Made by a program: the position numbers and the translations under genes. The notes beneath the pieces are model-generated. The model was not told the origin of the DNA. It worked only from the letters and a program-made list of their open reading frames with translations, and did not search any database. Below, piece after piece: positions 25,381 to 39,749 of a stretch of 64,000 nucleotides of DNA (positions within the stretch are counted from its first letter, which is position 1; the number at the start of each line of letters is the position of its first letter). The stretch is from Octopus sinensis (Eukaryota). The stretch covers positions 93,000,001 to 93,064,000 of the forward strand of contig NC_042999.1 of the NCBI RefSeq assembly GCF_006345805.1, given 5' to 3'.

Positions 25381-25409
25381 GCTTCGTATTGATGAGAATG
25401 AATAATATA

Positions 25410-27686
25410 CTGAAATAAATCGTAACGTTAATAAGGCTGTGTGCAATGTGTACGTAATATTACTATTTCGAATTGAAATAGTTGAAATAGAAAGGTGATG
25501 ACCCTATTTTGCTTGTCTATTCTTAATGTGTGAGGTTTCCTTTAGAGCTAACGTTGACATGTAATTTAGAACATGGTCGTAGGTGACTGTTTCGACATCC
25601 TGTCATACTTGAGAGCTTGTGCTATTTGTTCGAAATTTAGCAAAAGAAGAGTAATGTTTGTCAAAAGGACAGATGGACACACCATAATCAATGTCTATCA
25701 ACAATTCACGTAGTTAATAATATCCAGTATGAAGAAATGGCACGATGGTAGACCACTGTAAGTGTAATAAACGTTTCCCCTCGCTCCTGTAGTAATAACG
25801 TTTCTGTTTCAGTCACGAGTATCCTAGTGCTGCGCGGTAGAAGAATGCTGGAGTGTGTATTCAGATTGTGTGGCAGACATGCTTCGAGTTTGGGACCTTA
25901 CTTATCCAGGGAAGGCGACGAGCGAGAGTAATTTTAGAGCTTTTCATCTGGGTCAAGTCCCTAGTAGATTGACGAGAATCCTTGTGCAGGAGCGTTTTCA
26001 ATCGACCTACATTCAGTTGAATACATTGATAGGAACAGTGAGAATACGTGAGGTCGAGTTTTTCTGTCGAATACAGTGAGATATACATTTCGGTGCAATT
26101 CTTTCATTAATAATGCCTTCGCTGTACATAGCTCAAGTTGTCTCGAGCGGCAATGGCATCTTTCGTACCTTAGAAAAAAGAAGCTGGTGCTGAAAGTGTT
26201 CATTTGTTTTCTACTTGGTAGTCTATCGTCATATATGTCAAACAAGGTAAAATTCATTCGAATTTCCAAAACTATAAGAGGAAGAACAGAACTACACCCC
26301 ACCCCATAAAACAGTACAAGAAAAATATTTTTCGTTTTTATTAGAATAACATTGAAACAAACGAAGGTATTTGTCTGGTAACTGAATATTCTCACACTAA
26401 CTTTTTGTCTTAGTTCTTACTTGTATGAAGAAGACAAAAACCTTGCTAGCGACTTCCAAAGAAAAATGGAATATTTCAAGAAGATAAATTGAAATGTGTA
26501 GGAGAAATTATGATCCTTCTTAGCGGGCATAGAGTTAGTTACTGACATGCTTAAAGCCTCGACAATGAACCAAAGCCAAACTGGAACCTGCTTGATCAAT
26601 TGTAATTCGTCACGTTATAGTCTCACCCTGATGCCTGCTAAGACTTTTGACATGTCATTGTGATCTATGACTGTCTCCCTGAGTATGACTTTCTTTGTTG
26701 CCTCTATATTATGGGCGTATTCAGGTGCTTCTGTGTTAATTTCATTTTATATTTTGATATGTGCATTTATATTCTTTATTCATAATTTTCTGAAGGATCT
26801 TATAGTTACTTCATTTGCTGTTTGGCTCATGATATATTTTCATTCAAATTGAAACGTGTTCAAATAAATGCATGCCTATATATAAGCATATACATACGTA
26901 CATACGTACATACACACCATATGAAAAGAAAGTGTCCATTGATAGAACATACTAATTTCAATTTAGAGTAATTCAGCTGATTTAATATTCATTCATTTTT
27001 CATTGTTATTTGCAGTAATGTTAAGTGTTACTGTTAGTGTAACTGAAAATTGGATCGACGTTTTAGTATCTCGATTTTACCATCCCCTTCAATGTTTTCT
27101 ATAGAAGCATTTAGAAATCCCCAGCATACTATAATAAAACGTTAGAGCCAATTATAGGATCATTAATTAATGTCTATGGAAACTATGATTTGAAGCTATT
27201 ATAAATTAACTCGAACAGCAAATTAGGAGATTTGACATGAAACATCAAGATACTCTCATCTTATTAAAATACATCATCTACACTGATTCTCATAATTAGT
27301 ATCTCACAAAACTCTGTGTTCCATACAACTTCTAATAGACTGGAATTACTTTTATCAAGCGTCTTCACTAATGTTGTATGTTGTTTATTTTCCAAATTAG
27401 ATCAGTAACGTTTTCATTGTTCAATGGCGTCTTCTAATTCTTCTTTGTCATCTTTTTCTTTGATCATTTGTCTCTAGCAGTTATTGCTCTTTTACAGTAG
27501 CATATCTTTGAAGTGTAATGTGTCTATATTCAGAAATACCTCAGATTTATTGATTTATTTATTAAATTCTGTTTTATCGCAAAGAAAGGAATGCCATGGA
27601 GCTTGATAAGTGATAAAAATGTATTTCAGTGTATAATTCGTTTCGTCAACTATACTGTCAAATCAAATGTATGTATGTATATATGC

Positions 27687-27719
<33 letters not shown>

Positions 27720-27725
27720 TGTATG

Positions 27726-27758
<33 letters not shown>

Positions 27759-28680
27759 GTATGTATGTAAGTTTGTGCTTATGTATGTATGTGAAATGTG
27801 AATATGTATATGACTATATATATATATATATAACATATGTGTAAAGATTCATGTATCATGTGTATATATGTATATACATGTGTATATATAGATATATTTA
27901 TATATGTATATGAACATATACATATACACACACATATATATTTATATATATATGCGTTCGTGTGTGTGTATGTGTGTGTTTATATCAATCTAGAGTTATA
28001 GTAACGTCAATTATTGAATTGAGAGAATAACTGTTTGAAAAAAAATTGTGTTCGAGCAAAAATATATTTCATAAAAACCTACATCAATGAACGTTAAAAC
28101 AAAAGTTCGAATTCAATGGCGTTTATTAAAGTTTCTAATTCTATAACGTCGTTGCTCTTCAAGGATTGTACGCTGTCATAAACATCTATAATTGCTTTAA
28201 CAACAAAGAAATCAAATCAAACACCCCCGCTACGAATATCTAATAAAGACTAAGCTTGAAGCAATTATGTTAAAATACAAAAAGAACCCGCTTGTAAATG
28301 AAGAATGTGATGAAATGAATCGTAACGTGAATAAGCTGTTCTGCATATTATACATGATATTGTTTCGAATAAAAAGTGTTGAAGAAGTAAGGTGATGACC
28401 CAATTTTGTTACTCTCTTCCTACTGTGTGAGGTTTCTTTTAGTGCTAACGGTGGACAGGTAATCTAGAACAGTCAGTTATATTGCTTGGTCTTAGGTGAC
28501 TGTTTCGACAACATATTTGAGAGCTTATGCGGTGTTTTAGAAAGTTAGCAAAATAAAAGCAATGTTTCTCAAAAAACGAATGGACACACCATAGAGCTGA
28601 TGTCTAACTACTGACAATGTTCGGTGACAGAAATATACAGTATGACGAAATGTTACGATATTAGACTATTCTATAGGTGA
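25410..28680. repeat. Diverged direct duplication: about 25410-25760 versus about 28310-28680
   Basis: Colinear shared blocks ATCGTAACGT, AAGGTGATGACCC, TGTGTGAGGTTTC, TAGGTGACTGTTTCGACA, TTGAGAGCTT, ATGGACACACCATA and CAGTATGA. Confidence 0.85.
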
Positions 28681-29120
28681 AGAACAGCGTATTCTTGCAA
28701 GAAGATCGATCTGGGAGTAGAAAAGTCTGAATATGAATCACTGCTCTTCCGTGTCTTCTTTTAATTAGGAAGACTTAGATGGAAGAAAATCCAAACCTAA
28801 AATCCGATTGTGGTAATAGAGGGAACATCGCATTTTTACTGCTATCGAAAAAACTTCTCATATGAAATAAGGAGATTACGTGCATCATAGGCTTAAATCA
28901 CAAAATAGATGAACGCGTAGGTTCTCACAGTATGTCGTTCACGTGAGATATCTACTGCCTACACCATAATCACTGAGACGAAAAGTTTGGTGATAAATAT
29001 TAGTTTAACGTGTTGGAAGTAAGAAAAAAATTCTGTCGCAAAGGTGGCTAATCTAAACATGGTCTCGTTCATTGGCATATTCAATGATCAGCATGAATAG
29101 TAAAAGAGCATAAGAAACCA

Positions 29121-29187
<67 letters not shown>

Positions 29188-30442
29188 TGTGTATGTGTAT
29201 CTGTGCGTGTGTGTGTGCATGTGGGTATGAGTGTGTGTGTGTGTGTGTGTGTGTGTACATACATATGCATAAATACTTACACATGTACACATACTCGCAT
29301 GATGTAAACGCCATTCACAAATGAAACATAAACAATTCACAAAATAGAGTTCATCTATTTTTATTCAAAACCGAAATTTCTTTAAGCATCATTGGGTATT
29401 TATTGTTGATAATTATACTTTCAAAACGGGGAGAGGAGTCAAAATGAATAAATAAATACACAAATAAATAACATAAAATATTCGCATAAACTCTCATGGA
29501 TATTTCATAAACTCTACCTATTTTATTTGAAATGCAAATTGAAGAGATTACTATTTTAACAAGTTTTAACATTTCCTTATCAATTTTATATCTTTGATAC
29601 TGTTAATTCTGAAAAAAAATTATATATTATGATAAACTTCTGTTCAAAGTTGATTGAATCCTTCTTCATGTTTATTTGCAGAAAATTTCATATATTACAT
29701 TTAGATATTAAGTCATCCGTTGTAGCTGCTTTTATATGACGAACAAAAATGTTTTTTTTTTTTGTTTTTTAAATAAAAAGAAATAAAATGAGTATGTTGG
29801 TTTCGGAAGACATGACTTTATCTAATGAGAAATTTTTAAGTTAAGAGAATTTTGTGAACGGAAAAGTATCAGATGTCAAATACTGTCTAACAACGTTACT
29901 ATTAAATTTAGCTGTTTCTGTTCCAATTTTGTGTACGACTGAAACTAAAATTAACAGCTTTTCAAATTGAAATTTTACAATATTCATGATTCTGCAGAGT
30001 GTGCTAATCTAATAAGAAGTGATTAGAGACACGTGTACTTGCATTCAGACTCTATGGGGCATTGAACCAAATCATTTAAGTTTTCTATTTTTACATGTCT
30101 GAGAACTGATATTATCTACATAACTAATTTTATCTTTTAACCCGCTTCGTTTAATGTGAATAAAAAATATGTTATTTTTGCCGTCATATATCATAAAGGA
30201 AAGTGAAAAAAATGATTGATAGCTTTATAAAACAACGTTCCAGCTACATCAAATAGCTTTGTATTGCACGTGCTTATTGAATGTATTTCATAGGTTATTC
30301 CATATATAAATACCAAATTATTTCATAGGTTTTATTGATTGCCTGAAAGTCGATAAAACGTGAAATTAATAATCGGAATCTATGTAATTTCAGCTCAAAA
30401 TATAAGTCATGCACACACACACACATATACATATGTGTGTAG

Positions 30443-30488
<46 letters not shown>

Positions 30489-30900
30489 ATGCATTGATAT
30501 ACATATACATACACACGCGCACACACACACACACACACACATACATATATATACATACATGTGTATGTCTGTGCATATTTGTGAGTGCATCGCTATGTCA
30601 CTCTCTCCGGCTCTCTATCGGTTTAGCTATGTATATATGTATGTATCTATCTATCTATCCTCCAGTTATATGTACGTATATAAGTGTAAATATATGTATA
30701 TGTACGCACATATATATGCATATATGCATATATATGTATATGTGCATTTAAATATATATGGGTGTTTGTGTGTCTGAGTATGTGTGTGCTAGTTCATGTA
30801 TGCGTTGATAAAATGAGTAAATGAGTAAATTGGCAAGAAGTTAAATGTAAATGTTATAGAATATTATATACATTTAAAAAAAAACGGTCGGTGGGACCAA

Positions 30901-30996
30901 CTGTTTCTATATCTAGCAGTGCCGGTGCTTACTATCACCACCCATCACTTCAGTGACGACTATACTTGTTACTTTTCGGTTCTCTCTGTCTCTCTG

Positions 30997-31075
<79 letters not shown>

Positions 31076-31201
31076 TATATATATACATACGAATTATTAG
31101 GGTGCCTATTCGCAATTTAGACCGGGAAGCTCACAAATATAGTCGTCACTAAAGTGACAGAAGGTGCTATTAAGCATCAGCATTGCTAGAAATAGAAGCC
31201 A
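30901..31201. repeat. Imperfect inverted repeat (arms about 85 bp) enclosing (CT)n(TA)n
   Basis: TCACTTCAGTGACGACTATA pairs with TATAGTCGTCACTAAAGTGA, and TTCTATATCTAGCAGTGC pairs with GCATTGCTAGAAATAGAA. Confidence 0.75.
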
Positions 31202-31357
31202 CTCTGCGATTGGATGTTTACTCACTAATCTCCCACACATCGAGAATTGTTCTGGTCTGTTCACGCAGGTACCCAGTTCCAGCTTCTCATTCACTCAACG
31301 AAACACCAACGCGCCGCATTTGTCTATTTGAAGCCTGAGCCCCAATGCAGCTCTTCC

Positions 31358-31391
<34 letters not shown>

Positions 31392-33479
31392 TACACACAC
31401 ATATATATATATATGCATATAAAATCTGAAAAGGAAGGATAATTATACAGTTTTTAATCACCTTACGAACGCTTCGGATACATTGTTATTAAGCAATTAT
31501 GTGGTTTGTTTATCCTGCATACTATCAATCCATATTTGACTCACAATGTACATAGCATGTGAATTTAATAATAATAAATCTTTCTAAAATTTCGACCTCA
31601 CTGCTTAGAATAGAGAACAGTTTAAGGGAGAAATATTCAATGATTTTCACTGGTCAATTTGCTTAACTAATTTTCACTCGTACAGAGTACTTGACGTGTA
31701 TTTGTTTAATCCCTCTTATTTTGGGTTTTTATATATATGCATATATAGGTTTATATGAATAAATTGTCTAGATTTCGTGTCTAAACTTGGAGCCTATATT
31801 TGAGAGGCAAAGGTTTTAATCACTGGGACAGGTTTGTGTGCACGTGTTTGAGTATGTGGGACAGAAAGTAAAAGGAGAGAGTAAAATGTAGGGAAAGGAA
31901 GTGAGAGAGTCAGCATGAATGTGTCTGCGCGCAAGCGCGTGCCTGTTTATAGCATTACAAAGTATTTTGTTGCAGACTGCATATGTCGTAAAATATACGA
32001 TGCGTTTCGAGCAATGAAAATGCTTGTGATTCTCATTGTATTGCGAGAGTGGGATATGTCCTTAGTCGATGACCTAAATTACTCTTTTGTATACGAAATT
32101 ATCCTAAAATATATGAGGAACGATTCACCGCTGTTAGCAGTAATGGTATAACATATTGTAAGTATGCTACACTCCCTTGAGAGATTATTACTATTAACCG
32201 GATTTCTTTAGGCTTACTTAAGGAATCTATAGCAGTGTTCAATTGTTATTACTGACTTGTTCAAAACTGAATATACGATTGCAATATATTTGAGAGGCGG
32301 GATGGAAAACTACAATTGTTTTGTACAATATTACAGGTCATAATAATACGAGTAAGAATGAGTGTAGCTATCTTAAACTAGTAAGCATATCAGGGGCACT
32401 ACCGCACCTATACTAGATTATAACTATGGCCATATTAACTTATATCATTAGAAAAGTTCTAGTTATATATACACAACACGCAGCAAATCGAATGATACAC
32501 TTAGCTTCCGTTGCATTTGTACTTGTGTAGCTACTGATAGAAATTATAACAAATATAGGATAGGCAGCGATTGCAGTTTGGTGCCAGGAAAAGGAGGATA
32601 CAAGAATTGCCAGAGTAACCGGGAACTGGTAAGGCAGGAAGTCATTATCAGTCATATGGGGCTCTATGTTGTCTGTATATTAAAGAATCAATCAAGTTTG
32701 TAAGAAAATGTCTCCACAGCCATTTGAACAGCCAGAGGAAGGAAATTAGCTTCGGCGTTCATTTTTAAAACCATTTTTTTAAACCATATATCGATATGTT
32801 CTGCTTAGTCTCCATCTACCAACCTCTGCCAACTTGTTGCACACCTGCATTGTTGGGCCTCCAATTTCTTTAAATATATCTTTATCAGTTTCTATCTTCA
32901 CACTTTATGATTATAGACATTTATAGTTTTTAGAACTTATCAATCATTTTAATAGTTAATTATATTAATTATATTTATTCTCTTCATTCTTATTAGATCA
33001 CTAGTTTGTGATATGTTTAACCTACTTCAGCTGTACCATGTATGACTTTCTCCTTAATTAGATCAACAACTTTTACTATCAATATTTACACCTCTTACTG
33101 AATCTTCTACTGAGGGTGCCACACTTCTCCACACTTGATCATTATCAGTATCTTCATAACTAGACACACCAGTGGACATAAAATCAACACAGTGTCTTAA
33201 ACCTCTTCATTTTAATTCTTTTCATTCAGTCTATCATACTAGCAGTATTTTAATGTGTAACTGAATGAAAATGAATATTTAGATTCCCCTCTTTACCTTG
33301 AATGACCGACGATTATCTTGTTAGCTTTACCATCCATACCACTCCTCTCTACACCCCCTCTACCTCTCTCTTCCCTCACTTCTCATTCTCCTTGCCTTGG
33401 TTCTCTTACATGTTCCTCAGTTGTCTTCCTTCATTAGGTTTATTGCTATTTCTTTTTATTCTTTGTACACCATCTAATA

Positions 33480-33552
<73 letters not shown>

Positions 33553-33678
33553 TTTAATGTTGCAAAATTCCGGTTTCTTTTGGGTACCCTCTTGTATATA
33601 CATGCATGCATACATACATACAGACAGACAGACAGACAGACAGACACACAGATTGACAGACACACACACATATATCGT

Positions 33679-33894
33679 GAAGTATATTTGCCACCTAAAT
33701 GTGGCTAACCCTTAAGGGTTGATGCTACTGTAGCTTGTAGCCTCAGGAGGACATCTCCAACTGGCAATTGCCATACTATCTGTGCCCTACATAGTGTGTC
33801 AATAGCCAGCCGGAGGAGATGTCTTTCTGGGACTACAAGCTACAGTACCATCAACCCTTAAGGGTTAGCCACATTTAGGTGGCAAATATACTTC
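33679..33894. repeat. 216-bp fold-back element
   Basis: GAAGTATATTTGCCACCTAAATGTGGCTAACCCTTAAGGGTTGATG at the left is the exact reverse complement of the right end. Pairing continues with mismatches almost to the centre. Confidence 0.92.
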
Positions 33895-34249
33895 GTGATG
33901 TCGTGCAGCTACTGTTTATACCTCTCTCAGAGATTTATTATAGGTTATATATATATATATATATATATAACAACCAGGTACTTTATTTGTTGGGTAACAA
34001 AGCTACCATTAATTTCATGCTCAGAATTCTCCACAGTTATGGGGATGTTTAGTATCTGCTTGACCACACGAAGATGCTGTTCACAGAAAAAACCAACAAC
34101 GTGATAGAACTCTCGATGAATCATCCAAAACTAATTAAAAATTTAAGTTTTATTCCAGACAATGGCACCCGAAGACTATTCACTTTGGACTTGAGAAATA
34201 TATACTCCACTAATGTGGGCTTAAAATCTGTCTATACACGAAATTCATA

Positions 34250-35560
34250 TGAAACCTAAAAGATTCATGTCAATAATGCGAGTCATATGCATTAAAGTTG
34301 TCGCATGGAAGAGAGCCATTACATACAAAAGCATCCTTCTCTGTGACTGGCGAGTCCTTATGAGATGGAAAATTAAGATCTCTAATTGCTTAAATAAACT
34401 ACTTAAAGTTCGAAAATAAACTTTGAGATCGAAAATAAACTGAGAATCTCCCAAGAAAAGGAGAGGGTAGAAAGAGAAATCAGGGTGGTTGAAATTATAT
34501 AAATGAATCCTGAAATCTTGTAAAAGTTTGTGAAACAACCTGTCTCGGTCCGCTGCAAGATACAGGCCACTATTTGAAGAAGATGATTCACTAAGTGCAA
34601 ACCTTAGGACGATAAGTGAAGTGCCAAATAAACGATTCCAAATGTCTTCACCTCTCCACTGGGGAATATGCAAATAAGCAAACTTCATGAGCTTTTCAAA
34701 CCCGCAGATCTACGATAGACATAAAAAAGGAAGATGTAATGTCGGTCATTGATGAGATAAGCTGGAACGGGCTGGATATCCGACTATTCTATTACATATA
34801 TTGAAGAGCTCTCGCGAAACCACTGCATATACATTTTCAGAATTTCATTGCATGTAATAAACTTCTCAAAATGTTAAAAGTAGGTATAATATGCTTTGTC
34901 CATAAAGGAAGAAGCAGAGTAAGTGCTAAAAATCACAAGCCTTTCTCTCTAACTGCACATTTTAGCAAGGCCATGGAAAGCATTTTCGGAAGGAGGCTGG
35001 TGCTGTCCCTGGAAGAAAATTATTTGCTGACGTAAACACAAAATGGATTCCCTCCACGATGGAGCTACCTCGCTAGCTACTACGGCATTATGTTTGGGTA
35101 GTGAAACAGCAACTCAATCGCTCAAATGTGGAGGTGGTATATCTCAACTCTGCCAAAACTTTTGATAAAGTTGATCATGGGATGATATGGAAAAACCACG
35201 TGACCTAGGAGAGAAGTAGCATAACTTTTTAAAAGGCAGTTCGCTACGGAATCTCACAAGAAACAATACTGACACCGCTACTGTCTGTGGTGGCTCTCTC
35301 AGAGATTCCCTCATCCACACAGTCAGTCACTCTCACTAACTACATAGGTGAGCAAGTTCCCATCTGACATACTAAAGCTGCAAAAACCCTAAATGCTATA
35401 TACAACCGAGTGGATGAAAATATCATGCAATTTAATGCTGAGAACTTTCGAACATTCAACTGTCGGCCTGTAAACAGACTAGAAGCGGAATACACAAGAC
35501 CAAGTGCAAGTGTAATCTCAGAGTCGGTGTGTGACCTGAGAGTGATGTAATATTCCTGCG
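34250..35560 (+). mobile_element. Heavily decayed CR1-like LINE RT region
   Basis: KVGIICFVHKGRSRVSAKNHKPFSLTAHFSKAME (compare NYRPISLTS) and VEVVYLNSAKTFDKVDHG (compare DFAKAFDKV). Confidence 0.8.
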
Positions 35561-35589
35561 ACGCTGTGCAGGTGTTTAGCTAAAAGGAT

Positions 35590-35622
<33 letters not shown>

Positions 35623-35714
35623 ATATATATATATACACACACAAATATATGTTTATATATATATATATATATATAATATATATATATATATTATATATAT
35701 ATATATATATATTC

Positions 35715-35745
<31 letters not shown>

Positions 35746-36432
35746 CATATATTTATATACACACTTACGCCTGCACAAGCATATATATATAAAGTTATGT
35801 GAATATTTGTATGCTTGTGCGTATGTGACTGTGTGTCGCTTTGTGTGAGTGTGTGTGTGTGCCTGCGCGCGACGTGAGTAGGGTGTATATGCGTGCACCT
35901 TTATTTAAGTATTGCCTTCAGTGAATCTGCCTGTGATTACTTTTTTATGCAACATTTACATTCTACCATTATTCTACAAAGAAAACAAAATCCTTTGCAC
36001 AAAATGCAACTTAAATACAGGTTTTACAAGGGAATGTAATTAGCCATACATAGAACGAAAGCTATTGAGTTACATTTCCTCGTAGGGTACTTATGAAAAC
36101 AGTGCATCAGTTTCTGGTTAGTTTAATAGCTTTGTAGAAATATTTGCAAACGAGTGAGTTGTTATAGTGTTTGTTAATAATGGCAGGCAGATTATTTTAT
36201 GAAAAATGTGATGCTTATACACACAAGCATTTATACATATCGAAACTGCAAAGATGATCTGGAACTCGACCGACGAAAGAAAACTCCGAATGACCCATCC
36301 TTGTTTTCCTTGTCCATTTTTGTAACATTTGTCAAGAGGCTTTGTTGTCGCCAGTTGCGTTCTTGTCCCATTTTTGTAACCTTTTTTTACATACATATAG
36401 CGGCGTACGTGCATTTCGGTCTCCTATATGTA

Positions 36433-36472
<40 letters not shown>

Positions 36473-37167
36473 AACACACACAAACACATATAAATTTTGT
36501 AGGACTCTCTTATTCTTTCATTCTTTCATTCTTTCTTTCTTTCATCCCCTTCACACTTCGTTCTTTCTACTCTTCTTTCTTTCGCCCCCCTCTCTCCCAT
36601 TTCCTGGCCTTCCCTTCATTCTCACCTCTCCTCCTCTTTCACTTCACTCTGTCCCTTTTCTTCTTTTCTCGTCCCTCCCTAATCTTCTATCTCATTGCCT
36701 CTACCTCCCTCATCTCCTTCAACGTGACCGGTGTTCTACCAAGCCTGGCCTTTCTTTCTTGGTTCGACTACCATCCGTGCAACATCTAGATTCATTTCCA
36801 TGCCTGTCATCTCTTATGTCCCTGCCATAAGGCTTCATTTCCACACACTCCAGCTGAATTTAATTCGTCCTTAGTTTGTTTCCATTTGGATTTGTGTACT
36901 ACTTCTCCATTTCTTTGAGTCCTTATTTTCGTATACATTCGCTGCTTTCTTCCAAGGAATCTAGTGAAGTTAGCATATGAGAGTAGTAGGTAAAATAATT
37001 TTTCACTTTATATTTGAAACGCGATCTGGTACGCAGTTAACCGAACCTTGTTGATTCATTATTTTTTTTTAAGGTGGTAATAGGGACTTTAGCGCCTATA
37101 TCTTGCAGTGTGTGGTGCGGCGTAAAGCTGATCCCTTGTTATAATTATGTATATAATAATAAAATAT

Positions 37168-37225
<58 letters not shown>

Positions 37226-37827
37226 GTATATATGGGATGTGAAAACAAGCTACAAACCACAGTCAATCAAATGGATCATAGAGGCGGAAGTTATGTTTTC
37301 TGAGAGATAGTACATTCTTTTTAGATCCGAGAACTCCACTACACTACTTAATTACAGATCCGAAATTTTTCGAAAATGCAAGCACATGGACAAGTTTCTT
37401 GTGTCGAAATGGAAGACACCACTCACTCCGGAGTGAGTAGCTATTTCTGAGACGTTATACAATATTATACTCCAGCTAAATTAGCTAGGATTTCTACAAA
37501 GTGGCTGAAGATCTTGTTCTTCTTATATGTTTTTCTTCTTGTTCCACTCCTGGCAACAAGCTTCATTGCATCTTTTTCTACTCGTTTATTCCCCGCATGT
37601 TTTCCTATAGAATAGCGTCCTGATTCTTAAACTAGTCTAACGATATGCTCTGAGTCTGAAAGATTGGTTGGAAATACATGGAATGTTGTATAAATCTGCC
37701 AAATTATCGTATCTTTAAAGTATGAAACTCACTAAGATTTTACGAAGCGTGAATCTTAACATATATATATATATATATATCTCCCTGGAGATCTTACCTA
37801 ATAACAAAACTATATGCATTATATGCA

Positions 37828-37874
<47 letters not shown>

Positions 37875-38948
37875 GAAGAGAGAGAGAGAGAGAGAGAGAG
37901 AGGGGGTGAGTGGGAGTGTATATTTGTGCGTTTTGGAATTGAAGAAATTTCTTTTCAACTGTTGTTTTGATATATGATGGTTAGCTTCTGGCTTTACAAA
38001 GAATGAAATCATTTACACGAAATGTACCTAAAATGTAGGTTATTTTAAAAGATTTAATCATTTTCACCTGAAACGAAAAGCAATTGAAATACTTTCACAA
38101 ATATGAACATATAGCAAAATTGTTTTTAGGTATTGGCTGGTATAATATTTGTTAGTGCAAAATACTTCCAAACAGAGACAAACATGCAGAGAAAAATATC
38201 TTTTGTTTTCAATTCTAAAACGTTTGTTAATAATGGATGAGAGATCATTTTGTAAAATGATGGGAAGTGTTTCACAGCGAGAGCTGTACTACTTCATATA
38301 TTGAAGTTATGATTATAATTATTGTGTGTTGCCTAGAAGCATTTAAACAACGAATATGTATGAGGATGTGATAAACAGTATGCTGAAACGTGACTTTCTT
38401 CTGATTGATTTTTGAAATTTTATATTCACACAGTTTTTCCTTTCATTATATCTTCATTTTGTATTCAGAACGTAAGGCTTCGAATTTATTTCGTTCAATA
38501 ACAGAATAGAATCACTTTTTTCGAACGAGTGTCTCCGACGCTTAATTCTTTTGCAAAGTCAGTTCAAATTTTATTATAGTAAGCGTTATCTATTACAGGA
38601 AATAAAATCGAAGTAATTAAGGTGTCACTCTAGTTTTCCGTCTCGCTTGATACATCAGTCTATTATTACTGAGGTTCGTATGATGGCTCGATTTACACTC
38701 TCATCACTCCGAGTATCTCTCTCTCCCTCTCTTTGGACTGTTTCAACGATGAAGGCACGGCTGTTTCTCAGTCGAGATGATTATACAGAATTACAAACAC
38801 TTTCTCATGCACATTAAAGCCCGTTACCATTTTAACGATCCCCAACATATTTTACGTTGATCGAAATCTTTTTGTTACTAATCAGTAGTCCATTATTGTT
38901 GGAAAATTCTGTGAAATTGATGTTGCACTTAATATAGATATGACATTT

Positions 38949-39350
38949 AAGGCGGTGTGCTGGCTGAAACGTTAGCATGCCGGACAAAATACTTAGCGGT
39001 GTTTAGTCTGTCTATTCGTCCTGAGTTCAAATTCCGCCAAGATCGACTTTGCCTTTCTTTAGGGGTCGATAAATTAAGTAGCATTTGCGTACTGAAGTCG
39101 ATCTAATCGACTGGCCCTCTCCTTCAAAATTTCAGACCTAGTGCCCAGAGTAGAAAGGAATATCCTTAGCACGCCGGGCAAAATTCTTAGCAGTATATCG
39201 TCCGTCTTTACCTTTTAAGTGCAAATTCCTCGAGTTCGATTAGCCTTTCATTCTTTCAGGGTTGATAAGATAGTTGAGAACTGGGGTAGATGAAATCAAT
39301 TTCCCCTTCCTCCGAAATTTCTGGCCTTTTACCAAAATTTGAAATAAGTA
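38949..39350 (+). mobile_element. Two tandem family-B SINEs
   Basis: AAGGCGGTGTGCTGGCTGAAACGTTAGC...CTGAGTTCAAATTCCGCC. A second, 5'-truncated copy starts at about 39165. Confidence 0.82.
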
Positions 39351-39749
39351 TGAATATGCCATTTGATAGTGTATGGCAAAAATCTGTCTACACAGCCCAC
39401 ATACGAGCACTGTCTCACTCCACTCAAACATCGCTGCGCTGATTCAGATATTTCATATCTACTCTCCATCAACTCTGTTGTTTCTCTAAGACCAATTTTG
39501 CCACCTGCTCAGTTCTGTTTTTATTGTATATGAACATTTTGTTACGTCAATCAACGTTTACTCCTGTTCATATATACTATTCTTCACCCATCTTAACCTT
39601 TACACTCCTATCTAGCATATATGTTCTAGCATCGTTATTACATGTCGCATCCATTTGTAGACTCTCCATCTAGGATTGTAGTATCTAAACGTGAGTAGTT
39701 TTGAAACGAATGTGCGCATAATTTTAATAAGACCGTTATCAAGGGGCGG

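Noticed and set aside
36199-36830. 196-aa and 162-aa hydrophobic ORFs resembling membrane proteins
   Set aside because: They arise from (CA)n and a pyrimidine-rich low-complexity tract.
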